Positions 11,401 through 20,472 of a stretch of DNA of 31,498 bases are shown in pieces. Positions within the stretch are counted from its first letter, which is position 1. The number at the start of each line of letters is the position of its first letter. The stretch is from Myxococcota bacterium (GTDB lineage Bacteria; Myxococcota_A; UBA796; GCA-2862545). A program made the position numbers and the translations under genes. The stretch lies in assembly GCA_039208735.1 (NCBI GenBank), contig JBCCQY010000108.1, positions 1 through 31,498 on the forward strand, in the 5' to 3' direction. The notes beneath the pieces were generated by a model that saw nothing but the letters and a program-made list of their open reading frames with translations, did no database searches and had not been told where the DNA came from.

Positions 11401-11783
11401 GCGACCAGTCGTGGCCAAAAGCACGTCGTCTTCGTCGGACGGCCGAGTATCGACGTGTGCAACACGAGGGACGACGCATCAAGTCTCGTCACCTCGTGTT
11501 TGTGGTTCGGCCCAATGGTCTTGACGCTCCGCGGTTCGGTCATACGGTCAGCCGCAAGGTGGGGAACGCTGTTGTGCGCAACCAAGTGAAGCGCTGGCTG
11601 CGAGAGGCCATGCGGCGTACGGTCGAACCGTCCGCTCTGCCGCCGGTCGACGTGGTCATCATCGCGCGTCCGGCTGCGGCCAAGGCAGGGTTCGCCGTCC
11701 TCTTCGACGAAGTGAGTAGCGTGGTCGCTGGACTCACCGAAAGCGAGGGCGCCACTGCATTCCGCTTCGGAGAGACCGCCTGA
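11397..11783 (+). CDS. rnpA: Ribonuclease P protein component
   Basis: [25 protein letters not shown] motif. The conserved N-terminus ([16 protein letters not shown]) lies upstream of the GTG at 11457, implying a CTG start at 11397. Confidence 0.93.
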   Translation: MSDQSWPKARRLRRTAEYRRVQHEGRRIKSRHLVFVVRPNGLDAPRFGHTVSRKVGNAVVRNQVKRWLREAMRRTVEPSALPPVDVVIIARPAAAKAGFAVLFDEVSSVVAGLTESEGATAFRFGETA

Positions 11784-13582
11784 TGGACCGTCGTACCTTC
11801 CTTGCCGTTCTGCTTAGCGTGACCGTGTTTAGCGTATGGTCCGCGCTTTTCGGCCCGGAACCGCCCACTCCCGAAGAGGCCGCTGCGCTGGCCGAGGCCG
11901 CTGAACAAGGCGAAACGGCCCCGGCTCCTGCGCCCGAAGCGGTCGAACCAGCTCCCGCACCGGTCCCCGAACTGCCCGAGGTGACCGAGCAGGAAGTGAT
12001 GCTGTCCATGTGTGGTGGCACGGGGACGCTATCGTCGTTCGATGGCTTGTCGGGAATGTCGCTTGCTGCCTATGAAGGCCCCTACGAAGTCATGCCGTTT
12101 TACAGCTGGCTTTGGGGCACCGTGACGGGCAGTGTATCGGGGGGCTGGCACCCCTACGGCGCGAGTGAGCCTGGTCCGGCGGAGGTTCTGACGCCCGAAG
12201 CCCGGGCTCTTACCGTGGGAACAGGCTCGAGCCCCACAGATGGTGACTCTGCGCGCATGGCGATCGTCGAACGGACCGATGATGCGGTTGTTCTACGTGG
12301 AATGACCGCAACGGGAATCGAGGTCACACAGGAGATCTACGAGGGTCTCTACGACTGGGAAGCGGAAAAACCGGTTCTCCACCGCAAGGGCACAGACGCC
12401 TACCGCAGGCTCGAAGATTCGGGCAACGGTGTGTGCCTCATCGGCATGAACGTGTCATGGCGCAACCGTTCGTCGGTTCCGGTCGACCAAGGGCTGTGGC
12501 TTGGCATTTATGAAGTGGCCAACCAGTCAGGGAGCGGCATGACCGCTCGCTACAACAGTCAGCGGCAACCCACTGCCGTGACCGACGATGACTTGTCCTA
12601 TGGCGGTCCCAACGGGGCGGGTTGTGTCACCGCCGGTACTCGCCTTGAGGATGAAAAGACCGAGTTCCCCCTTGAGGGGCCGGTGTCCTGGTTCGGGATT
12701 TCCGACCGATACTTTGGGTTCTACGTACTCCCTGATGAACCCAGCGCGGGCTCTGCCTTCCTCTCTCGGATAGGGCAGGGTGAAGAGGCGCTCGACGGTA
12801 CCCATTGGGCCGTCACCACGCGTCTCGACGCAGGAGAGACGCGAACCGAGTCGTTCCGCATCTATGCAGGACCTAACGACCTTGATGCCTTGGGCCGGGT
12901 GGACGAGTCCCTGCAAGATGTTGTCGACTTGGGCTGGTTCGAGTTCTTCGGTTACCCGCTGCTCATCATGCTTCGGTTCTTCTACTCTGCGGTAGGAAAC
13001 TGGGGCATCAGCATCGTCATGCTCACGCTCGTCGTGAAGGCACTGTTCTTCCCGATGACGCAGAGTTCGTTCAAGTCGATGCAGAAGATGCAGCGCATCC
13101 AGCCGATGCTCAACGAGCTTCGCGAGAAGCACTCCGACAATCCGCAGGAACTCAATCAGAAGACCATCGCGCTCATGCAGGAGCACGGAGTCAACCCTGC
13201 AGCCGGATGTCTTCCCATGTTCGTACAGATGCCGGTCTGGATCGCGCTGTACAACGTCCTGTTGACGAGTGTGGACCTTTACCACACGGAATTTCTCTAC
13301 CTGCGCGATCTGACGCAGCCGGACCCCTATCTGGTCCTGCCGATCACAATCATGGCGCTCATGTTCATTCAGCAGCGATTCAGCACGCCGAGCAACGTGA
13401 GCCCAGAACAACAGCAGATCATGCGGTTCATGCCGCTGTTCTTTGGCTTGTTGTTCTTCGCCTTTCCCTCCGGGCTGGCGGTGTATGTGTTCGTCAACAT
13501 CCTGCTGTCGAATCTCCAGCAATGGTGGATCAAACGGAACCTGGACACCGCCGACCCTCCGGCTGCCGCAGCGGCGACGTGA
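11783..13582 (+). CDS. yidC: Membrane protein insertase YidC
   Basis: N-terminal TM, large periplasmic domain, DLGWF, GNWGISI, GCLPMFVQMP, DLTQPDPY, FPSGLAVY. Confidence 0.96.
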   Translation: MDRRTFLAVLLSVTVFSVWSALFGPEPPTPEEAAALAEAAEQGETAPAPAPEAVEPAPAPVPELPEVTEQEVMLSMCGGTGTLSSFDGLSGMSLAAYEGPYEVMPFYSWLWGTVTGSVSGGWHPYGASEPGPAEVLTPEARALTVGTGSSPTDGDSARMAIVERTDDAVVLRGMTATGIEVTQEIYEGLYDWEAEKPVLHRKGTDAYRRLEDSGNGVCLIGMNVSWRNRSSVPVDQGLWLGIYEVANQSGSGMTARYNSQRQPTAVTDDDLSYGGPNGAGCVTAGTRLEDEKTEFPLEGPVSWFGISDRYFGFYVLPDEPSAGSAFLSRIGQGEEALDGTHWAVTTRLDAGETRTESFRIYAGPNDLDALGRVDESLQDVVDLGWFEFFGYPLLIMLRFFYSAVGNWGISIVMLTLVVKALFFPMTQSSFKSMQKMQRIQPMLNELREKHSDNPQELNQKTIALMQEHGVNPAAGCLPMFVQMPVWIALYNVLLTSVDLYHTEFLYLRDLTQPDPYLVLPITIMALMFIQQRFSTPSNVSPEQQQIMRFMPLFFGLLFFAFPSGLAVYVFVNILLSNLQQWWIKRNLDTADPPAAAAAT

Positions 13583-13627
13583 GGGAACGATGGTTCGCCC
13601 AAGGGAGTCGGGCGAATGGGAGGTCGG

Positions 13628-14659
13628 ATGAACGTGCCTGATAATGCGCAAACGGTCGAGGTCGAGGAACGGGACCTGAAGCGCGCCATCGCCGGAGCTG
13701 CCGAAGAGCTCGGGCTTCACCCCGCACAGGTCGACTACAAGCTCGACATGTCGCATTTCCGCAGCATCACGGGTGTGTCGGTCGCCAAGAGCACGGTCAA
13801 GATCGTGGCCTGGAAGTCTGACCGTGATGCACCGGCCAAGGAAGAGCCGGAGGCCGTGGAGGCGGAAGAGCCGGCTCCCAAGAAGCGACGCACGAAGAAG
13901 AAGAAGGAAGAGGAAGACGAGCCGAAGGACGATGGGGTTGCCGAGGCAGAGAACGACGACGCCGAAGACGACGACAAGCCGAAGAAGCGTCGTCGTCGCA
14001 CCCGCAAGAAGAAGGACGACGAAGCGCCAGAGGCCGAGCCCGAGAAGCCCGAGCAGCTTCGTGGCGCCGAGACCGAAACAACTGAAGCGTCGATCTTCGC
14101 GCAGCAGTGGTTTGAAAAGCTGCTCGAGCTGATGGGCGTCGAGGGTAAGGTCGTCGGAACGGGCAATGAGCAGCGAGTGCACTTGGCCATCGAGGCTGAG
14201 CGTGCGGGTCGCATTGTCGGCAAGCGAGGAGCGACGCTCGGTGCGATTCGCCACCTGCTGTCGCTGGCCTTAGAACGTCGCTTTGGTGGACTGACGGTCG
14301 ATGTGGATGTCGACGGAGACCGTGACCGCAAGAAGACGCCCTCCGAAAAGCCCCGTCGGGAGCGGAGTCGTGATGATCGGCGGGACCGTGACGATCGAGG
14401 TCGAGGCCGAGGCCGTCGAGACCGTAGGCCCAAGGGCAAGTACGACGAAGATAAGCTGCGTGCGCTGGCACGCCGCGCGGCCGAGAAAGCCGTCGAGACC
14501 GGGAAGACCTTCACCATCAACCTGCAGCTCAACTCCTACGATCGACGGGTGGTTCATCTCGAGATCTCCGAGATCGACGGGGTCGACAGCCACTCCGAAG
14601 AGCGCGAAGTGGACGGTCAGATGATGAAGTTCGTGCAGGTCGTTCCGGACGCGGACTGA
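13628..14659 (+). CDS. jag: Jag/EloR/KhpB RNA-binding protein (Jag_N, KH, R3H)
   Basis: Lies between yidC and mnmE; KH motif GRIVGKRGATL; R3H motif YDRRVVH; GGAGG before ATG 13628. Confidence 0.93.
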   Translation: MNVPDNAQTVEVEERDLKRAIAGAAEELGLHPAQVDYKLDMSHFRSITGVSVAKSTVKIVAWKSDRDAPAKEEPEAVEAEEPAPKKRRTKKKKEEEDEPKDDGVAEAENDDAEDDDKPKKRRRRTRKKKDDEAPEAEPEKPEQLRGAETETTEASIFAQQWFEKLLELMGVEGKVVGTGNEQRVHLAIEAERAGRIVGKRGATLGAIRHLLSLALERRFGGLTVDVDVDGDRDRKKTPSEKPRRERSRDDRRDRDDRGRGRGRRDRRPKGKYDEDKLRALARRAAEKAVETGKTFTINLQLNSYDRRVVHLEISEIDGVDSHSEEREVDGQMMKFVQVVPDAD

Positions 14660-14660
14660 A

Positions 14661-15992
14661 TTGGCCGGCGACGCGATTGTCGCCGCTGCGACCCCGCACG
14701 GGCATTCGGCGCTCGCCTTGGTTCGATTGACCGGACCAGGGCTGGAGGCGATTCTCGATGCGGTGGCCCGGCCCCATCGTCCGGGGCCCTGGTTCTCCGG
14801 ACGCCCCCGTCGAATTGACGTTCTTCATGAGGGAGACGTCTTCGATGACGGGGTGCTGGTGGCTCGGCGTGGTCCGGGTACGGCGACGGGCGAAGATCTT
14901 GTCGAAATCACGGTGCATGGGAACCCACTCATCGTCACTCACCTGGTGGAGGCGTGCGTCGATGCGGGGGGGCGCGTTGCTCAGCCCGGTGAATTCACCC
15001 GACGCGCGGTGTTGGCCGGCCGGCTCGATCTAGTGAAAGCCGAGGCGATCAACCAAGCCATTCGAGCGACCAGCCCCGGCGGTTTGCGGTTGGGTCGCGC
15101 GGGCATGGATGGTCGATTGGGGGCGCGCTTGGAAGCATTTCGCACCGTCCTCATCGATGTCACGGCCGAGTTGGAAGCCCGGCTGGACTATCCCGCCGAT
15201 GAGCTGGCCTATGAGACAGATGAGGCCTTGGTGCAACGTCTCGCCGAGGTGACGCGCGGCTGTCGGGCGCTCGCAGCCACTCATCAACAGGGACGAATGC
15301 TCGTCGATGGGGCCCGAGTGGCCTTTGTAGGGCCGGTGAATGCAGGGAAGAGTTCGCTATTCAACGCCCTATTGGGAGAGGCCCGCGCGTTGGTGCACGA
15401 AGGAGCTGGCACCACGCGTGATGTGGTGGAAGCGAAGACCCAATTGGGGCCGTTATCGGTGACTCTCATCGACACCGCGGGCGAACGACCCACCCAAGAC
15501 CCAGTCGAGGCTGCGGGCCTGCAGCTTGCTCAGCGCTTTGTCGAGGCCGCAGACCTGTTGGTTGTGGTGATTCGCGGTAAACCCTCAGCGCCCGACGAAA
15601 TTGAATCGGCCTTGTTGCAGCGAACCGCCGATCGGGCCCGGGTCGTGTGTGTCAATGGGATTGACCGGGAGGGAGTTGTCCCTGTGGATGGGGCGGTGGT
15701 GACGTCGGCGCGGACAGGTGAGGGGGTGGCCGAGTTGTCGTCGGCGATCGTGAAAGCCCTGGGGATGGCGGATCTCGCAGACTTGGCGGTGGCTTCGGCT
15801 CGTCAGCGGGACTTGCTTGGGGCAGTTGCAAGGGCAGCCGACGACGCGATCGAAGCGCTGCCGCTGGCTGGTGTAGCGGTCGCTGCGGATCTGCTGACCG
15901 AGGGCCTCGAACGGCTGGACGAACTCACCGGCGCGGATACGCGCGAAGATGTGCTGGACCGCGTGTTCGAACGGTTCTGCATTGGGAAGTGA
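14661..15992 (+). CDS. mnmE: tRNA modification GTPase MnmE (TrmE)
   Basis: TGEDLVEITVHG, PGEFTRRA, GPVNAGKSS, GTTRD, DTAG, C-terminal FCIGK. Confidence 0.97.
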   Translation: MAGDAIVAAATPHGHSALALVRLTGPGLEAILDAVARPHRPGPWFSGRPRRIDVLHEGDVFDDGVLVARRGPGTATGEDLVEITVHGNPLIVTHLVEACVDAGGRVAQPGEFTRRAVLAGRLDLVKAEAINQAIRATSPGGLRLGRAGMDGRLGARLEAFRTVLIDVTAELEARLDYPADELAYETDEALVQRLAEVTRGCRALAATHQQGRMLVDGARVAFVGPVNAGKSSLFNALLGEARALVHEGAGTTRDVVEAKTQLGPLSVTLIDTAGERPTQDPVEAAGLQLAQRFVEAADLLVVVIRGKPSAPDEIESALLQRTADRARVVCVNGIDREGVVPVDGAVVTSARTGEGVAELSSAIVKALGMADLADLAVASARQRDLLGAVARAADDAIEALPLAGVAVAADLLTEGLERLDELTGADTREDVLDRVFERFCIGK

Positions 15993-16022
15993 GCCGACCT
16001 TGGGTGCGCGAGGGAGGCGAAC

Positions 16023-16628
16023 ATGGTGTTGTACGGGTTTGGGAGCCCTTCACGGGCGACCCGCGTGGCTTGGGCGCTTGAGGAAGCGGGTGCGGACTGG
16101 AGCTACGTGGCCACGCGGCCTCGCGACCCCGATCTTCTGGCCCGCCATCCCTTCGGAAAATTGCCGGTGCTCGAAGATCAGGGACATGTCTTCAGTGAAT
16201 CGCTGGCCTGCTGCACGTACGTAGCGGACCGTTTTCCACAGGCCGGACTCGCCCCGGAACCCCGAACGGCTGAGCGGGCCATGTACCTTCAATGGTGCGC
16301 TTTCGCGGTATCGGAGCTTGAGCAGCCCCTGTGGACAAAAGCCAAGCACCGCTTCCACCACCCCGAGGCGTTGCGAGCGGAGGTCGGTCCGGCGGTCACG
16401 GCCGAATTTTCGCGGGCGGTGGAGTACCTCGCAAAACGGCTCGGAACCCGCACCACCTTGGTCGGCGACCAGTTCACATGTGCGGACATCCTAGTTGTCC
16501 ACACCCTGGGCTGGGCACAAGGGGCGCGAATGGGGGACCTGATTCCCGAGAACGTAAGGGCGTATGCCGCGCTCCACAGGGAACGATCCGCTTTTGCGAG
16601 AGCCAACGCGCGAGAGTCCGGACAGTAG
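16023..16628 (+). CDS. Glutathione S-transferase family protein
   Basis: SRATRVAWALEE, HPFGKLPVL, SES, GDQFTCADI. Confidence 0.92.
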   Translation: MVLYGFGSPSRATRVAWALEEAGADWSYVATRPRDPDLLARHPFGKLPVLEDQGHVFSESLACCTYVADRFPQAGLAPEPRTAERAMYLQWCAFAVSELEQPLWTKAKHRFHHPEALRAEVGPAVTAEFSRAVEYLAKRLGTRTTLVGDQFTCADILVVHTLGWAQGARMGDLIPENVRAYAALHRERSAFARANARESGQ

Positions 16629-16629
16629 C

Positions 16630-16860
16630 TGTCCAGGGGACAGAGGTTGTCCGCAATGGTGGGCCATCTGGGGATCGCTCACGGCGCACGGAACGATCCG
16701 TGATTCATCGGCCAAACGGAGCCCCGGCTCCTGCAACCCATCCATAGCTTATCCACAGCTATGGGAAACGGATCTTCATCAGGTCGTACCTTCGAAGTCC
16801 ATGCGCGGGAGCCGTGAGGGCGGGAAGTTTACCACACATGTTGGGCAGTGTGGTGCCGTG
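16630..16860. promoter_or_regulatory. Second DnaA-box cluster, in a convergent intergenic gap
   Basis: Perfect TTATCCACA at 16749-16757, plus CCATCCATA 16738, TATGGGAAA 16760, TTGTCCGCA 16647 and TTTACCACA 16828. Confidence 0.6.
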
Positions 16861-16868
16861 ATCCCGAA

Positions 16869-18428
16869 TCAGCTGAGAACCGCGTCGGCTTCGGGAGACG
16901 AGGGAGCCCATTCCAGTGGATTGGGGCATCGAGTGGCCCGGTTGCGTCCCCCCGTCTTGCTTCGGTAGAGCGCTTGATCCGCCGCATTGTAGAGGCGTGT
17001 GATCAGAGCTTCCCGATCGAAGGGGGACGTTCGAGGGCCTTCGAGCCACGCAATCCCGAGGGAAACCGTGACCCGGATGGTGTGGCCATTCGGCGTTTCG
17101 AGTTCGAGCTTGCTCACGCCACCCAGGATTCGTCTTGCCACGTAGGAGGCGCCCGTAAGGTCGGTTTCGGGAAGCAACATGGCGAACTCCTCGCCCCCCG
17201 TACGGGCAACTGTATCGGAGGTACGGCAGCTCTCCTTCAGCGCCTTTGCCACGGCCTTCAACACGACGTCGCCAAACACGTGACCCCAGGTGTCGTTCAC
17301 GCGCTTGAAGTGGTCGATATCTGCGACGATGAGGGAGGTTCGACCTCCATGTCGAGCAACCCGTTGGAGTTCGTCGTTCAACCGTCGGAACAGCTCCCGA
17401 CGATTGGGAAGCTCCGTTAAGGCATCGGTAATCGAGATCCACTCAAGTTCGCGATTGCGCCGATCGAGTTCGGCAGCCAGTTCGTCCTTCTCGGCAATGA
17501 CCTGTTCCAGCCGCTGGACAATGTCCTCGTACGACAGGTTCATGTCGATGAGGGATCGGTTGGCCGCCGACAAGATCTCTTCGAGGGTCGGCTGGTGCCC
17601 GACCTTGATGCCCATGGCTTGTCCGGCCTGCTCCACTTGCGCTCCCAGCTCGGCGACCAATGGGTCGAGGTCTTCCGGGGCATTTGGTACGAGACGGGGA
17701 ATCTCGGTGCGTGCGCGCTGCAGAGCTTGCCGCGTGTCGGTATTGCTTAGGATTGCGCAGAAGAAATTTGCGGCACAGGCGATTTCGCAGGCCCGACGGA
17801 GGGGCTCGGGTGCTTTGGCGGGGGTGTTGTGGAACTGGAGGGGAAGCGCGATCTCGTCGGGCAGCGACCAGTCCGCGGCAAGTTGGCCGTTTACCGTTGT
17901 GTAGTCGCAACCAAACAGGCTGTTCTCGAGCCGAAGGCGAACGGCACTGTCGGCTTGGCTGGCCTTGGTCCAAGCTTCTGATTGTTCTGGGTTTTCGAGC
18001 AGCAATGCCAGTGCGCCTAGTTCCTGAAGGAGGCCAATCGTGAAGGCCCCAGAGGGCTCAACGTGGCCATCCCACTCGGCCAACATGCGCCCTGCGACGG
18101 CCCGGCGCATGCTGTTTTCCCAGAAGTCATCGAGATCTAGACTGCCGATTCGCTGCGTCGAAACACAGGACCGTGCTGCATGGCACAGTGCAAGATTCCG
18201 CAGCGTCCTCACCCCTAGGCGCAGCGCGGCCGCCCGAAGGTCGGTGATCGACTGCGAACGAGATCCCAGGTATGCGGCGGTGTTCACCATCTTGAGAACC
18301 ACGCCGGCAAACGTTGGGTCGTTGGCGACCAGGCGCGCGAGCACCTGCACGTCGACACCCGGGTCCGACGCGGCCTCGAGGATTGCGGCGAGGGCTCGCG
18401 GGGGCGCAGGCAAAGTGGGTGTAGGCAT
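16869..18428 (-). CDS. HDOD-GGDEF diguanylate cyclase
   Basis: HDOD (DPTFAGVVLKMVN, GLLQELG, WSLP), coiled coil, DALTELPNRR, DIDHFKRVNDTWGH, RTSD I-site, GGEEF active site. Confidence 0.93.
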   Translation of the reverse strand: MPTPTLPAPPRALAAILEAASDPGVDVQVLARLVANDPTFAGVVLKMVNTAAYLGSRSQSITDLRAAALRLGVRTLRNLALCHAARSCVSTQRIGSLDLDDFWENSMRRAVAGRMLAEWDGHVEPSGAFTIGLLQELGALALLLENPEQSEAWTKASQADSAVRLRLENSLFGCDYTTVNGQLAADWSLPDEIALPLQFHNTPAKAPEPLRRACEIACAANFFCAILSNTDTRQALQRARTEIPRLVPNAPEDLDPLVAELGAQVEQAGQAMGIKVGHQPTLEEILSAANRSLIDMNLSYEDIVQRLEQVIAEKDELAAELDRRNRELEWISITDALTELPNRRELFRRLNDELQRVARHGGRTSLIVADIDHFKRVNDTWGHVFGDVVLKAVAKALKESCRTSDTVARTGGEEFAMLLPETDLTGASYVARRILGGVSKLELETPNGHTIRVTVSLGIAWLEGPRTSPFDREALITRLYNAADQALYRSKTGGRNRATRCPNPLEWAPSSPEADAVLS

Positions 18429-18485
18429 GTGGAGGCACTCCTGCCTCCCTATTCGATCCGAGAGGTAAGGCAGTTGAGCGGCGTC

Positions 18486-19475
18486 TCAGTAGACGTTGTA
18501 GCGCTTTCGATTCGCCTCGTGCTCCTCCCCGTTTCGGGCAGGATGCAAGTTCCCCTCGTGATCGTGGAGGTAGTAGAGCGCGTTCGTCGGCGTCGGATTC
18601 ATGGCGGCAGTGAGCGAGGGCAAGGTGGGGGCGCCAATGGGTGTGGGGGGCAAGCCCTCGATGTAGCGTGAGTTGTACGGGTCGCTCTTGTTGCGAAGGC
18701 GCGCGAGAAACGCCTTTCGGTCGTTCCATTTCTCAAGTTCGTAGCGCGATGTTGCATCCACCCCGAGCGGGATGCTCCGATCGATCCGTTTCCAAAGAAT
18801 ACCGGCCACTAATGGCCGATTGGAGGGCTTCGGCTCCTCCCGCTCCAACATCGAAGCCATGGTGACGATCTCGTGGAGGGTCCGCTTTCCATAGTCGGTG
18901 TGCGAGTCTAGGAATCGCTTCTTGAAGGTTGCCAGCTGCCGCTGGATGAGCTGGCTCGGTTCGAAGCCATCGGCGTTCAACCGGTAGGTTTCCGGCCATA
19001 GGTACCCTTCGAGAGTCGTGCCCTCGATGGGAAAGGGTGCTTCAACCTTCTTGTTGAACGCAAGGTCGGCATACGCACCAGGCTTGATGAGGCCCTCGGC
19101 GGCCAAGGCCGCATCGGTGTCGCGGATTCGCCATCCTTCCAACACCGTAAACGTGAACTCGTTGGTTAGCGGCGGACCACAGAGGGTTTCCGCGAACTCA
19201 TTGAGGGACATCGACCGGCGGACCTCGAATCGCCCTGCCTTGAGACAGGAGAGGTCCTTGGTTCGGACGTACGCTTTCCACTCTAATTCGCTGCCGATGA
19301 ACCCGTGCTCGAGCGCCAAGCCGGCGATGCTTCCCGGCGTTGAGCCCTTGGGCACCTCAACCACGATTGGCGTGGTGTCGCCGGGGTCGATCGGGGTGTC
19401 TGGGGACACCAGCCCCGCACAGGCGAGGCAGAACATCAAGAGCACGCCAAACGACACCCAGGCAGCACGCTTCAT
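18486..19475 (-). CDS. mltG: Endolytic transglycosylase MltG (YceG-like), copy 2
   Basis: LKAGRF, EGYLWPETY, ASMLEREE, DPYNSRYIEGLPPTPI. ATG 19475 overlaps the upstream stop (ATGA). Confidence 0.92.
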   Translation of the reverse strand: MKRAAWVSFGVLLMFCLACAGLVSPDTPIDPGDTTPIVVEVPKGSTPGSIAGLALEHGFIGSELEWKAYVRTKDLSCLKAGRFEVRRSMSLNEFAETLCGPPLTNEFTFTVLEGWRIRDTDAALAAEGLIKPGAYADLAFNKKVEAPFPIEGTTLEGYLWPETYRLNADGFEPSQLIQRQLATFKKRFLDSHTDYGKRTLHEIVTMASMLEREEPKPSNRPLVAGILWKRIDRSIPLGVDATSRYELEKWNDRKAFLARLRNKSDPYNSRYIEGLPPTPIGAPTLPSLTAAMNPTPTNALYYLHDHEGNLHPARNGEEHEANRKRYNVY

Positions 19476-20449
19476 TCGCAGATCCCGTACGTCTTCTTGT
19501 TTTTTCTGTGGCCCGCGTTGGTTTTGGCGACCCGCAGGACACAATCTCTGTCGTGTAGGTAGAAGTAGTACGGGTTGGGCTTGGGGTTCAACGCGGCTTG
19601 CAATGCATGGCTGCCCGGAGCCCCGATCGCGGTGGGCGGGAGCCCGTTTCGGTAGCGGGTGTTGTAGGGATCGCTCCGATCGCGGATTTTCGGAAGAACG
19701 TTGTCATTCCACTTCTCGAGGGTGTAGCGGCTGGTTGCATCGACCCCAAGCGGCATGGGCTTCTTGATGCGATTCCACAAGATTCCAGAAATGAACGGCC
19801 GATTGTCGAAGTTTCGTTCCTCTTGTTCGATCATGGAGGCCATAACCACGACCTCCTGGAGCCGTTCCCCCCTTAGCTCTGGATGATCGTCGAGGAAGTT
19901 CTGTTTGAACATGGCGAGCTGGCGCTCGACGAAACGCTCCGCATCAAATCGATCCGCGTTGACGCGATAGGTCTCCGGCCAGAGATAGCCTTCAAAGGTG
20001 GTACTCGGCACATCAAAAGGGGCATCGACGGTCTTACCTGTGGCGATGGTGAGGTAGTCGCCCGGCTCGATCCAACCCTTGGCGGCCAAGGCGCGGTCGG
20101 TGTCGACGATGCGCCACCCCTCGACGACGGTGAAGGGCACGTCGTCAGAGAGTGGTGTGCCGCAAAGCGTCTCCAGGAACTCAATTGGGGACATGGCGTG
20201 CGAAACTTCGAAACGACCGGCTTTGATGCATGAGGCATCCTGGAATCGGACGAAGATCTTCCATTCCCACTCTGCGTTGAAGAAGCCCGCCTCCACCACT
20301 GCGGGAGCAAGCGCATTGGCAGATGAGCCCTGGGGAACCTCAAAGATAAAGGGCTCGGGACCTTCCGAATCCGTGCCTTCCGAGCCAAACCCTCCACACA
20401 TGCATGCCAACGTCCAGAATACGCACCACAACAGGATCCAACGCCGCAC
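19472..20449 (-). CDS. mltG: Endolytic transglycosylase MltG (YceG-like), copy 1
   Basis: IKAGRF, EGYLWPETY, ASMIEQEE, DPYNTRYRNGLPPTAIGAPG. Confidence 0.92.
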   Translation of the reverse strand: MRRWILLWCVFWTLACMCGGFGSEGTDSEGPEPFIFEVPQGSSANALAPAVVEAGFFNAEWEWKIFVRFQDASCIKAGRFEVSHAMSPIEFLETLCGTPLSDDVPFTVVEGWRIVDTDRALAAKGWIEPGDYLTIATGKTVDAPFDVPSTTFEGYLWPETYRVNADRFDAERFVERQLAMFKQNFLDDHPELRGERLQEVVVMASMIEQEERNFDNRPFISGILWNRIKKPMPLGVDATSRYTLEKWNDNVLPKIRDRSDPYNTRYRNGLPPTAIGAPGSHALQAALNPKPNPYYFYLHDRDCVLRVAKTNAGHRKNKKTYGICE

Positions 20450-20472
20450 GTAGGCCTCCTCGAGAGCTCCCC

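Noticed and set aside
11700..11800. yidD between rnpA and yidC
   Set aside because: The rnpA stop overlaps the yidC start (TGATG), so there is no room; absence at this position is common.
12527..14254. 575-aa minus-strand ORF
   Set aside because: Antisense shadow of yidC/jag in GC-rich DNA; no recognisable motifs.
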